From the NCBI GenBank assembly GCA_049724395.1, contig JAUGWO010000142.1, forward strand, positions 62,001-126,000: DNA of 64,000 bases, in the 5' to 3' direction. Positions within the stretch are counted from its first letter, which is position 1, and every line of letters starts with the position of its first letter. A model generated the notes under the pieces. That model searched no databases. It was not told the DNA's origin and saw only the letters and a program-made list of their open reading frames with translations. The stretch comes from Spongospora subterranea f. sp. subterranea. Lineage: Eukaryota. Positions 11,924-23,632 of the stretch are shown here, piece by piece. The translations under genes were made by a program, and so were the position numbers.

Positions 11924-14211
11924 ATGCGCCTGGACGCCGGTGAGGAATTTCGGCGAATCTGCCAATGTATTAGAGCCGGGGATGTGGCCAAGGCCCAAAC
12001 CATATACCAGTGCGCCGACATGGACCAGCCCATGGCCAACTGGGATATGAGGACGCCGCTGCAGTTCGCCATCGTCAACGACAACATGCCCATGGTCAAG
12101 TTCCTGTTGTACCAGTGCCACGCTGATCCCAGCGTGACCGACGACAAGCGACGCAACGCCCTGCACCATGCGGTGCTGGAAGGGAACGAGGAGGTCGTCC
12201 AGATGCTGATCGACCATGGTCGGGTGGACTTCATGGCCGTCGATCAGTGGAAACAGAACGCCCTGCACCTGGCGGCGTTGTGCGATAATCTCAGCGTGGT
12301 CAAGCTGGTGATCAAACAGTCGCCCGAGAGTCTGCTGGAGAAACAGGCGGATGGGCGAACACCTTATGAAGTCGCCCTTATGAACAACAATTCCATCATG
12401 GCGCAACTCCTGGCCAAGGCCGCCGACTCGCTCAACACCAAACCTGCTGCGGCGCCGGCGGAGAGCGGTTCGGAATTCGAGTCGTCGTTGAATACCGGAT
12501 CCGTTTCCACAGCCCGGTCGGAATCGCTGCCAGAGCCAGTGGTCGGCGAGATCGTGGCGAAAGATCATGGCGATGAGCGAGAGAAGAAGCAACATCCGGT
12601 ACCGGATCATGATCAACGCCAGGACGGCCACGATAACGCCGCCAATGTCGATTCCGACGATATCGACCGCGAATCGCTGGACGGGACCTCGTCCCGAAAC
12701 AACATCCACCTGCGCTCCATCATGGACGCGTTCGCGGCCGCCAGCGACGACGCCCCGGTCCGAGTTCGAGAACGGCATCTGCTCGCTGGACAGCAATTGC
12801 ACACGGGACGTGCTGGATGGCGACACCGAGAAATACAGGGCCGACCTGGACCAGGGACGCAATCTGTCCGATCACGACACCGAACAGACGCTCCAACAGG
12901 TGTTCGAGTTCTGGGGACTCGACTCGATCCAGGCCGAGATCGCCGTCCTTCAGGTCGCCCATCCCGAACACGAACCGATCAACGTGCTGGGCAAGACCGT
13001 CGCCCATCTCCTGAAATGCATCCGCGGGATCAAGTACCCGAGCGGCGTCCTGGACACGACCCACCTGGCGAACGCGATCGATACGCTGCGCCAGCTGTGC
13101 GATTCCGAACAGCAGAACGCGCTGTCGGAGATGGTGTCGAAAACGGAGCGGTTCAGCTCGGACTGTCTGAAATCGGACGCGAAACTGGAGCTGCTGAAGG
13201 AGGCTGGGGATTTCGCCGCGGTTCGAACCTGTGAGGAGGCGACCGAGAAGATGTTCAAGACCGTGATCGACTCGAGCAAGAGCGTCCTGGACGTCTGTAC
13301 CGATCAGCAGAGCGAGCTGGAGATCAAGGGGCGGTTCGACCAGATCCGGGAATCGGCACGATTGGCGTTGGGGACGACGAACGGGGCGCTTCGCCAGAAA
13401 TTCGACTGCGTTCGACACAATGTCGCGATCGTTGAGCGAAATCACGCCGAACGCCAGGACGAGATCAGCAACGTTCTAACGGAGCTAAACGAGAAAGAGG
13501 GCGCGTTTCAGAGCCAGATCGCGGAAGACGATCGATTGCGGGAGAATATCGCCAAACAGATCGAGCAGTTATTGCAGGCGGAGATCGGACGGCAAAAGGC
13601 GCTGGATTCGGTGCTGATCGAGAAGAAGAAGAACGACATGGCGCGGCGTCAGATGAGCGCGATTCTGGTCAGTTTACAGGCGACGAAGGCGGCGAAGCTG
13701 AACAGGTTGGAGTCGTTGGGGAAGGTGTATGATCAGTCGATGAAGGCGGTCGAGGGATTCCACAACGTCGTGACGACGGCGGTCGACACCTCGCAAACCA
13801 TGTGGGCGAAACGCCGGACCCGGATCGACACCATTCGCCGGGACCAATCGCGCCTGGTTCGCCAAGACCCACCAGAAATACGTGCGGCGAATGAGGGAGA
13901 GCATTCGCCAGGAGGAGACGTTCCTGAACGACATCGAGGAGGAGCTCGAGTTCAATATCAAAAGCCAAGAGCGCGCCGTTCAGCGCGGGCGATTGTCGGT
14001 CCCGGTGTCGCTGGACGGGGTCGTGAACGATTTACGGGATGAGCAAAGTCGCGTTCTGGAACGGTGTCGATTGCTGAAGTCCAACCTGAACGAGGTGGAG
14101 AGATCCTGCCAGTGGGTGTTCGATAACTACCAGATTGCGAAACAGCCATCGGAAGGGGAGATCGATCTGGCGATGATCTCCTTAGAGGATTCGCCGATCG
14201 AATCCCCATAG
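11924..14211 (+). CDS. Ankyrin-repeat + long coiled-coil (paraflagellar-rod-like) protein, copy B; two +1 frame breaks
   Basis: Ankyrin repeats (RTPLQFAI, NALHHAV, NALHLAA, RTPYEVA). Removing one C at 12753-12756 and one G at 13856-13857 joins three ORFs into one protein that aligns end-to-end with copy A. Confidence 0.78.
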
Positions 14212-14310
14212 ACGATGTTCGGAACAGCGATAAATCTAGCGCATAAACAGACAGTGTTGAGATGTTGGGTTCGCTGATAATATTACGGACGAGTGTTTAA
14301 TTTGATGAGA

Positions 14311-15595
14311 TTAGGCTAAGGCTCTCCTGGCGATGTTCTTGAAGGCAACGCCGCGACACGACGCGACGACGGTCTGTGTTTCCGGATCGGGGCGGAATCG
14401 AAACACAACGCCGAAGAAATCGCGCAGATGGCGAAGATACTCGAGCCTGAAAATGGGGAAAACTACATTGAGATATTGCGATCCAAATCACGACGACGAC
14501 GATAACGAACCCGATCGGGGAAAGTTTGCCGAAACGCGCGCGGGAGACGTCATCCGGGCACAGCGTCATGAAGAGCATGATCAAGGGCTGATCGTGTGTG
14601 TCGATACAGGCGCCACTGGCGATCTCGTCCAGCAGCATCTTGCTGACCGTATCGCCCAGGTCCTCGGGCGGCACCTCCTGGCCCCCGTTCAGCTCGGCCG
14701 CCAACAGACAGCCGGTGGTGCTCTCGGCCACGAGCGACAGCGCGTATCCTGGCGACAAACCCGCTTCCTTCCCTTTGTAGTGATCCGTGTATATCCACAC
14801 GTCGGGGATGAAATTGTTCAACATCGCGCGGGCCGAGTCCACGACCCGATTGGCGATTGTGGGCGTGACTCGGGTCGTGTACGCCACGCCCCGGATCCGT
14901 TTGATCATGCCGGGATCGATCATGGAAACGGGTCGCAATTGATGGACGTTCGAGCAGCGGAACAGGACCTCACCGCCGCCTAATGGCGCTGCACCGCGCT
15001 TCTTCACCTTCAGTTCGATGCCGTCCTCGATCCCAAACTGCTTCAGGAGCGGCAGGGTGACGGTGCGGATCACGTCCACCGAGCGGTTGAAGTCGTCGTT
15101 GGACACGCCGCGCAGAGTGATCGAGACCGGGTTCTTGGCGAAGGGGACGATGGATAGAAGGCATTGCAGGTAATAGCCGATCGACCGATCGGGATGGCAA
15201 TCGTGCTCCAGATCGTAACCGCCGACGATAAACCCGGGTTTGTATTTCACAACGGTTCCGGTGACGCTAATTTCGATTCGCGAACCGTTCGTCACTTTCT
15301 CAATTAATCGCAGCAACGACGCCTCATAATCTGTCACGGTGCAATTAGATAAAACCTGTGTGGGGGCGAACAAGATTGGGGGAATCTTGACAGACCAGTG
15401 ATTCCGGGATTCTCTTGGCCCGCTCGGATATCGGTAATGATGATCGGGGTTGAGCTCAGAGTCGCCAACACAATACGGGTCGTGAATGACTGAGCGCCCC
15501 GAAATCGGGAATGTGGAGTTATGTCGGGTACAGGTCAGCAGCTGCGACGTTGTCGACGACTTCGCCCCGGATTTATCCTTGCCTAAAACGGTCAT
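14311..15595 (-). CDS. RCL1: RNA 3'-terminal phosphate cyclase-like protein (18S rRNA processing)
   Basis: RFRGAQSFTTRIVLATLSSTPIIITDIR...PGIT|DYEASLLRLIEKVTNGSRIEIS.TGT.V.YKPG...RSIGYYL...RGAAPLGGGEV...SPGYALSLVAESTTG. Introns at 15395-15331 and ~14517-14447. Ends YLRHLRDFFGV...KNIARRALA*. One +1 break near 15508. Confidence 0.93.
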
Positions 15596-15923
15596 GGCTC
15601 TTGAAGAAATTTTCGGATTGCAAAGGGCGCATGCTTGACCACTCTACGCAGTCCGCCACGGATAGCGCACCGCCCAGACAACCGAACGTTACAGTGACGT
15701 AACGTACTGGCGGCACTGCACCCACCTGTCACGTTAAACGTGATGTTCCGCGACAAGTTCGCACAGGAATGAGATTTGATAAATTTACGTTTTTATATAT
15801 TCAATTCTAGTTTAATGTTAGATATATATAGATTGCTGAGGAAATGACAGTTGATATATTGTTTTGGGCTCTTGTTGTCGTTGGGGAGAGCGATACGTTG
15901 GGGATGAACGGGGACAGGCGGCA

Positions 15924-18900
15924 TTACGACACGAGATCGACACGCTGACGCTTCGGAGAGGAATCGTCGGCGACGGGGGAAGGAGGCCTCTTTCGAGGAC
16001 GTCCCAGTCTGATCCCGTTGGCGCTCAGCGTGACGCCATCGGCCGTTCTGGTTATGACGCGATGTTCACCATGTGACGACCTTCGCCGTTTCCTCGACGA
16101 CAACCCGTCCAGCGAACGGTCCACGTCCACGTCGCGCATACAGTTCAGGGTCGTCGCCCATTGTGCCGCTTCGCGTTGACTTCGTCTCAACGGCGCCATG
16201 TCAAGTCGCGATTTTCGCTGGCGCCGTTCGCCGGGGGTGGCCCCGGTTGAGGTTCGAGGAGAGCCGGACGGAGTGACCACCGTCGACGCGAACGGGTCAA
16301 CAACAGGTTCTGGGGGTTCAGGTTCAACCGGGACCTCGCTGATGAGAGGAATCCCTTCTGGTAGCAGTAGAGGATCGGTGATGTCGATGGAGATTCCGTC
16401 GTCAAGAAACACGCCAGATACTTCGCGATGCTGAATATTATCGGCCTCGCCTTCCAGCCTAGGTCGCTTCCTGAGACGAATTTTGAGCGACGATAGGGTG
16501 GTGACGGCATCGCGTTCCTTCTGCATTCGAACCTGAGCGCGAACAGATTTGGCCCTGACCAAGTTCTCGGACAGGTCGAAGAGATACGCCAGGTAGGACT
16601 GCTTCATCACTGTGCGCCTTCTGCTACGACGAACACAGGAAGGGCAGATGAAATGAGCAATCATATCAGTTAGGTCATCATTGAATCCAACGCAACTCCC
16701 ATGATACCAGTTCTCACATATATCACACGAGATGAACCAACGCGATAGGTCGTCAGGGCGCTTGCAGAAACAGAACTGCACGTTGTCGTTGACAATGTAT
16801 TCATGGCGTTTGACGAGCTTCGATAGTTTAGCGTCAGCAGTGACGAGTTCAGCTTGGACGGGACGCACTGACGTCTTCTTATCCACAACATGAGCAGCAA
16901 GACCGTTCTGTGGTAAAGAGCGCTGATTCGGTAAAGGAGCCCGCGACAGCATTGAAACACTCTCTTTCCTCCATTGATCTAAACGCTCTTGATGGATCTC
17001 TAACCGCCTTTCCCGTTGAACAGAGTCCAAAAGGTCCTTCATCACTTCCTCGACAATAAGTTGATCTGGTTCGTGTTCGGCTTGGTTCAACCTCAACTGT
17101 CGTTGCTGCCGATATCTCTCCACGTGCAACTCTGCCGTGCTTGTCGCCATAACCTGGTCTTCGAGCACGAGATCCGTCGTTATGAAGTCGACAATGGTGG
17201 CGAGAGTTGGAGGTTTCGACATGAGCACATGGCGTTCGGCCATGAGGCGGCACATATCGGCGACGGTCACAACATGGTTTAGATGCGAATGGTGAGTTAA
17301 CGTCGGTGACGGTGGTGGCAATCTCCTCAGTCGTTCACGCTCCTGCTCCATCTCCACCTCGCGCACATGTCTTTCACCGGCGGCCGCCAATGCGAAGTCA
17401 ATATCGGTAACTTCGATGATTGGAGGGCTCAGGGGAGGGGATATCCTGCTCGGAGAAGCTGGGGGTCGCGGAACCGGAACAGGCCTTGGTGGCTCTTCAT
17501 GAACTGGGTTCTCTGATATAATGGCGTCTTCGGAAAGATATCGTCGCGCGTAAGCGTTGAGAATCGTTTTTTTGTCACGAAACTTCTCCTGCATCGAACT
17601 GTAGAGGTCGCGGTCGGCAGCAACACAATCACGAAGGCGCGATTTGACATCGCCATTCTGCTTGATCTGCTCCTCGAGATGACGCCTCAACAGCCATAAC
17701 TCACAGCAAATCTCGTCGTCGTCTTCGAACTCTTGCAGCGGATCGACTTCGTCTTCACCGGCAACAGCCTCCACGTTTACTGCCTCGACTGGATTGGCGG
17801 GCCGATCAAAAGGACTCGGCGCATCGAACAGATAAAATCGTGCCGATAGCGGTTCGTACAACGGCGGTGGGAACATATAAGGAAGATCGCCACATGCCGC
17901 CTTCTCATCACTGCTAATCAGGCCGGCACCGACAGCGTACTTCAGATCCAGACTGCGGAAATCCCAGTGAAATCGGGCCGGAACTGACGACGCATCGCGT
18001 AAGCATTGATCCATCAGGGTCTTCGCTCCGACTTTAAGGTAGAACGATACGCGAGCGACGCGCCCTGATGTATTCGAATGAGTATCGCCAGGAGCTCCCC
18101 CTTCTTCCTCGGTAGTGTCAATTCGCTGACGATAACGAACAGAGCGCGGCGTCAGATCGTTTGAGTTGCTGTCGATCAGTTTATCCTCGGCCTCCCAAAT
18201 CTCCCTGTAGCAGTATTCTGGTGCAGGAACATCGTAGAGATTGGAGGACAACGGAGCGGAATCCAATAACGAATCAATCTCGTTTTCAGGTAGCGGATCG
18301 AAAAACGTATCGATAGTTCGCCAGGCTTTGGTCCCTGGATATTCGATTAGTTTAGGAGGGGGAGCTGCCGAGCGCTTCCTTGGGGGTTCAGGTTTGGGGA
18401 TAACTGGAGCTGTAGCAGGGGGATTCTCCACAATTGCAGACGGGGGCGATAGCGCAGCAGTATTGGGGATTTGCTGGGATCGATAGCGTAACTGGCAACG
18501 CCAACGATCGCAGAACCAATCAGCGGTATGGTCAGGGGCACATGACTGATGGATCGCCGACCTGCATCCGCCCATGCAAAATCGGGAGATGTCATTCGGA
18601 CAAATCGCGTCGCACGAATGGCAATATCCAGAGCGAACCACATCCTGCGATGGCCCCGACTGTATCAATGCAGTTTGGTCCACAATCTGTAAGACTCGCG
18701 GGAGCAGGCCACAACGTCGAAACCCAGATTTCAACGACGGTTCAACATGGTCATCCCCGTTCGACACTCGAATGGAGATCGGTTTGACGGTTACTGTTGC
18801 TGGAATACCGATATGTGATGCACGATTACGCTTTCGAACATAGGATGTGACAGTATCGCGCGCCAGCCGTTTGACGGCAACATCCAGCAGTTTATCATGA

Positions 18901-18989
18901 CTGAGCCGGGCGACGGTCGTATCGACCAGGCTGTCCAGCGTGTGGCGACAGACGGCGGCGATGTCACCGGGAGGCGTCCCTATCTCCAT
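15924..18989 (-). CDS. Large PHD-finger chromatin protein
   Basis: Intronless 1021-aa ORF. N-terminal CHSC...CMGGCRSAIHQSC...WFCDR and C-terminal FCFCKRP...FISCDICENWYHGSCV...FICPSC PHD fingers, plus basic NLS-like stretches. Confidence 0.85.
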   Translation of the reverse strand: MEIGTPPGDIAAVCRHTLDSLVDTTVARLSHDKLLDVAVKRLARDTVTSYVRKRNRASHIGIPATVTVKPISIRVSNGDDHVEPSLKSGFRRCGLLPRVLQIVDQTALIQSGPSQDVVRSGYCHSCDAICPNDISRFCMGGCRSAIHQSCAPDHTADWFCDRWRCQLRYRSQQIPNTAALSPPSAIVENPPATAPVIPKPEPPRKRSAAPPPKLIEYPGTKAWRTIDTFFDPLPENEIDSLLDSAPLSSNLYDVPAPEYCYREIWEAEDKLIDSNSNDLTPRSVRYRQRIDTTEEEGGAPGDTHSNTSGRVARVSFYLKVGAKTLMDQCLRDASSVPARFHWDFRSLDLKYAVGAGLISSDEKAACGDLPYMFPPPLYEPLSARFYLFDAPSPFDRPANPVEAVNVEAVAGEDEVDPLQEFEDDDEICCELWLLRRHLEEQIKQNGDVKSRLRDCVAADRDLYSSMQEKFRDKKTILNAYARRYLSEDAIISENPVHEEPPRPVPVPRPPASPSRISPPLSPPIIEVTDIDFALAAAGERHVREVEMEQERERLRRLPPPSPTLTHHSHLNHVVTVADMCRLMAERHVLMSKPPTLATIVDFITTDLVLEDQVMATSTAELHVERYRQQRQLRLNQAEHEPDQLIVEEVMKDLLDSVQRERRLEIHQERLDQWRKESVSMLSRAPLPNQRSLPQNGLAAHVVDKKTSVRPVQAELVTADAKLSKLVKRHEYIVNDNVQFCFCKRPDDLSRWFISCDICENWYHGSCVGFNDDLTDMIAHFICPSCVRRSRRRTVMKQSYLAYLFDLSENLVRAKSVRAQVRMQKERDAVTTLSSLKIRLRKRPRLEGEADNIQHREVSGVFLDDGISIDITDPLLLPEGIPLISEVPVEPEPPEPVVDPFASTVVTPSGSPRTSTGATPGERRQRKSRLDMAPLRRSQREAAQWATTLNCMRDVDVDRSLDGLSSRKRRRSSHGEHRVITRTADGVTLSANGIRLGRPRKRPPSPVADDSSPKRQRVDLVS

Positions 18990-20159
18990 AGGGCGCCCAA
19001 TGGCCAGACGACGACTTCACTCGAAGCGAATCGGCTCCGGTGGCGATAAATTGCCGATCCTAAAGTCCGAGCGCGGATTGTGCGCGACTGGAGCATGAAA
19101 CTGCGCAACTTGAGTGATGGGCGGTTTCACACTTACGCCAGTTGAATTTCGAAAAACACGTGTACAGCCAATGGCGCTATAATGGGTTTCGGGGGGAAAT
19201 TCACGTAATGAAAACACATTTTTGAAACACGACCGGGGTCATGATGTAGGGTGAATAGTACAACGCGAGTTTTGATGAAGGGAACTAATACAGACCCCAG
19301 TATTATTAGAGCGGGGGTTCGGGTCTGTATTAGATGGGGGACCTATAGTAGAGAGAAATAACAGGTGGTTCTGTGGGAATTGGAAATAGGACCTAACTCG
19401 CCATAGGGTTTGAACAGTTATTACCGATCCAGACTCAGTGTATATCTGACATATGCAGTACCGCAGGAAGACGTGAGAGGGAGTTTCAGGCAGAGAACCT
19501 TCAACAACCCCTGATACCCAAAAAGTAAACACAAACGGGGCTCTTCAAACACAACAGTCTACAATAATAAGGAAAAACGCTATAGATATTCTTCTCTGTT
19601 ATCTCTGCGGCCCTGAGTATCCACACATGCGAACCCAACTAACTGCCTCACCCACCTGTAAACCCCATCTCCCGCTGACGTGAACAGGCCGCCCAGAAAA
19701 CAATACGCGAACCCTAATGCATGAGATATCAATCATGAACGAAAGAGGTGAAATAGAGATCAGGGCCCAGAGGGGAAGGGAGGTGGTCATCTCCAGTGGT
19801 TATCAGGACTGGTGACAGTGGTCAGTGCCAGTGTGTAGCGTGTCGTCATACAGAGACAAACACGATACCACACACAAACACTGACACAACACCCGGCTGT
19901 CGGAGTTACGGACTTCATCATCGTCTAACGAACCCCGTTCAGCTCCGTCCTCCGCCCGGCCGTGCAACTAATGGTGGCTGACACGTCCACACCGTGCTGG
20001 TCTAGTCTCCAATTCAATTGTTCATGACAGGATTCGGCCTCGTATGAGGGAGCGTCTCCCGACAATTCTAACAATCACGTGCAAAAACAACAACCTTCGA
20101 ACAGTTTGTGTATAGAGAATAGCCAAGGGAAGCGCCGGCAAATCGCCAGTACCGATGAT

Positions 20160-22094
20160 CTATGGTTGCTCGTCGATCTCGTCGTCGCTGGCTTGCCAAA
20201 CAGGTTCATAGGGCAAGTTCAGGTTCGGACTGAGACGCATTGATAAGACGAAGAGAAATGCCGCCCCTATTGACAGCGATACGAACGGTATCCATCCTGC
20301 ACCGATAACAGAAACGCGACCCCAGGTTTTCCCTACACCACGACAATGGTCGGTTAACCATTGATCATCAGCGTTAACGTTATATCCAAAGCTGTGCCCA
20401 ACCTGTTAGATAAGGGCCAATTGTTCGACCCAGCGAGGCGACCGTGTTGGCGACGCCGTTGATCAGCCCCCGCATATGGGCAGGTGAGGCGTTAGCGATC
20501 AAGATCATCGAACTGGTATAGGCTGTGGTCTCTGGTATGATACGCAGGCCAAGCGATAGACTCAATATCGCAATCGCACCGACATTGTTAGAACAGAACG
20601 TGGCCAGATACGGCAATGGAACTGTCATCTCCAGTATCAGCAACATTCGTGACGGATTCAAACAGTTGGCCGTTTTCGAACCTGTAAGGACCATCGCTAT
20701 CGATGCGTATTTGAAGAAGGAAATCGGAGTGATGAACTTCGCTAGTTTGGGGAATATAAAGGCTTGATACATAACGGAGACGCCACCCTGAAAAGCTATC
20801 CCAGATAATGGTTGAGAAAGGCCCCGTATCGGTTGACCTGCTCGATATCAATACCTAATATCATGCCGAGTGTTCGAGAGGTTAGACCAAGGCCACTGTG
20901 GTCTCGTGATGATTCACATAAAAACGGGACCAATAACGTCAGACTGATCTCAACCAACGCTAACAATCCATCTAACGAACACCTTGTCAGTATAAACACC
21001 CAAGCGAGTTCCCATCCGATCGAATATTTACAGTTAGAGATTGTTGTGAAAATATCGCGCTTGACATTGTCGTTTGTGGCCGCGCTGGGCTTCTTCCTGG
21101 CCTGGACAGCCGGAGAAAGGCTCGAAAGTTCAACCGACGAGGCGTCACGACCCCGAATAAAGGCTGGCGATTCCGGCAGGTACAAGAACCCGACGCAAAA
21201 CACCACGCCCGCAAAGCAAGCGCTGACGAATGATATGACGAACGCATATGGGAGATCGTGAATACCCAGGAACGATTCGGTTCCGCCAAGGAAGCCGGCC
21301 GCGCTCGGACCCATGATCGACGCTAGTGAATACATTAGGCACACCAACGAGAACGCCTATTCGTTGGAACTACTGAGTCATATGGAGAATTGTCGTTTTG
21401 TGGGTGATTTACCCGTGCTTGTGTATTCTCGTCTGTGATCTCGGCGAGATAGCTCTTCGTGACCGAGATATTCGAGGAAAACATCCCTGCGATGGCTGGT
21501 CAGGGAGCGGGTTCCCCCGTTTGCACGGCACGCCGACAACATACCGGTAAGGAAATAGGCCAGAAAGGCGGGGTAGAAATCTTGGCAGCAACCGAACACT
21601 AAAATCCCAATGGCCGATCCAGCCGAACCTGAAACGGATCAATATGCGGAGATACGCAGGGCAAACCGCTTGTGAATACCGATCAAAAGTGTCGGACGCC
21701 TTCCAAACCGATCAGACAGCATTCCCCAAATACTAGAAAACAGGGTTGAAGCCAAGAAAAACCCAGCACCGATCATGCCAACACGGTCCCCATTGACTGA
21801 TTTCTGTTCCGATTCCGATAGCGCCATATTACGGGGAAACCCATTGACCATATACGGTAGAATCGGCATCACCACTGACAACAATCATCAGATCACGTGA
21901 TGTCGAATCCCGACGATAATACACACAGTACCTGTTCCAAGCCATCCTTCGCCAAACTGGATCAACGCCAAAAGCGCCAACGTTTTCTTTACCTGACGTG
22001 CGTCGAGCTTGACCTGAGCCGTTGCTGTGTGTTTAGAGTCCACTCCATCGGCGACCTCCTTCTGTCGGAATTGATGGCCGCCATTCTCCACCAT
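20160..22094 (-). CDS. Major facilitator superfamily transporter (ZIFL/TCR-like), multi-exon
   Basis: WGMLSDRFGRRPTLLIG (MFS motif A); spliced GMFSSNISVTKSYLAEITDENTQAR; LYLPES; RGLINGVANTVASLGRTIGP. Several GT-AG introns. Confidence 0.88.
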
Positions 22095-22575
22095 AGAATT
22101 GCCCAGGGAATGCCACAGCGTCGCGTGTCCAAAAAAAAGCAACGCAACGTGCTGTTAACGAGAATAATTAGCCTCTGGTGAGGAAGGTCGTCTTCCTCTT
22201 GCCGCCTTTTGACTCTTGTCCCGCCAAAACCCACAAAAACCGGCGGACATTTTTTGTCAAGATGAAATCGTCCGATTAATCCAAAACAGGAACCAATTTC
22301 ACGTTTTGGTGGATCGGCTCGGGAGTTGACATCCGGGTTTATGTTCGCGGGTGGAAACAGAGGAAGGTCATGGCAAGAATACGCTGAGAATATCGGGCCA
22401 CTCCGGTATTGGAGTTTGCCAGGACACGCCGGAGGAGTTCGGGATCAGCGAAGCCCGTGCCGGAAACGATTTTTCAAAAAGTAGCGACCGTTTCAGTAGC
22501 CCAAAAAGATAATCGGTGACGATCTCGTTGTACAGAGAGTGATAATAATATCACAGGAGCAGAAAGAATCTATCG

Positions 22576-23529
22576 ATGGATTATTTGGGGAGAGTCAACG
22601 GGGGGCTATCTCTCAGGAACCGCAGGTTGTCTTCAGGGAATCCGCCATCAGCGACATCGGTCAATGTCGCTGGGCCGCCGCCAGCATATGACGCCAACAA
22701 GGAAGTGGAACGATTGAAAGATCGCCTAGAATCGGCAGAGCTGATCGTCACCAACTATCTGTACAAACTCGGAAAATATCGTCACGAACCGCGAGGAGAC
22801 GAAGTCGTTTCACTGATTCGGACCAAGGACTCGTTGATCGAGAAACACGAACAAACGATTGCACAGGTATTTTCTTTGCCCCAAACTCGCTACTTTAGTT
22901 TGAAAAGCGCTACTGAACGTGACGTGACTCCAGTTGAAAATACGTATCGATGATCAGAATACGGTTATCAGGGACACTGCAGAGCGGTTAAAATCGGCAG
23001 AGAACGACCTAGACTTTGAACGCGAACGAATTTTGACGATGAAGCGTGATTGTGAGGTGAAATAATCCTCGTTACTTTCATTTAGGGCGTTGTCATTTTG
23101 TTTCAGGCCCAGTTAGTGAAAGAACGCAACGACAAGCTACAATTTGAACATATCCAGGACGAGGTTGTCCAGCTCAGACACAAAATGGATGCGGCAGTTG
23201 AGTCTGCTATTGAACAGAATCGAGCCGCTGTCATTGGACAGGCAGTTAGCATGCCACCGACCATGAAATTATGGTCGGGACGAAAATCGACAACAAGATC
23301 GGTCTCAACAAACACCGAGTCAACATCGCTGATGAGTTCAGTGGAGCATCGTCCAGATTCACAATCACACAGGGAACGCCAAGTGTATAACCTATTCGAA
23401 CCATCTGGAATAATAAAGCCACCTGGTGCATCGTTTCGGCAGCTCGAGAAAGTTAAAAGGGAGAATCGCTCTCTCAAACTAGCATTGAAACAGTCGCTAT
23501 CATTAAAGCAAGCATTAAAGCTGTTATAG
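22576..23529 (+). CDS. Hypothetical coiled-coil protein, spliced
   Basis: Heptad-rich exons (EVERLKDRLESAE, QLVKERNDKLQFE, QLEKVKRENRSLKLAL) separated by GT-AG introns at ~22867-22933 and ~23057-23107. Confidence 0.6.
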
Positions 23530-23632
23530 AACACATCAACAATAATACGAATCGCGGCTATTTGTGTTTAGAATGATTAAGTGGCAGCAGATGATCATCG
23601 GCTGACGCAGTGCAGAGCCTCTCCGGTGATAT

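Noticed and set aside
8860..15200. Many long antisense/overlapping ORFs (e.g. 9349-10044, 10551-11207, 11885-12862, 12720-13445, 14333-14983)
   Set aside because: They are shadows of GC3-rich sense genes with no recognisable domains.
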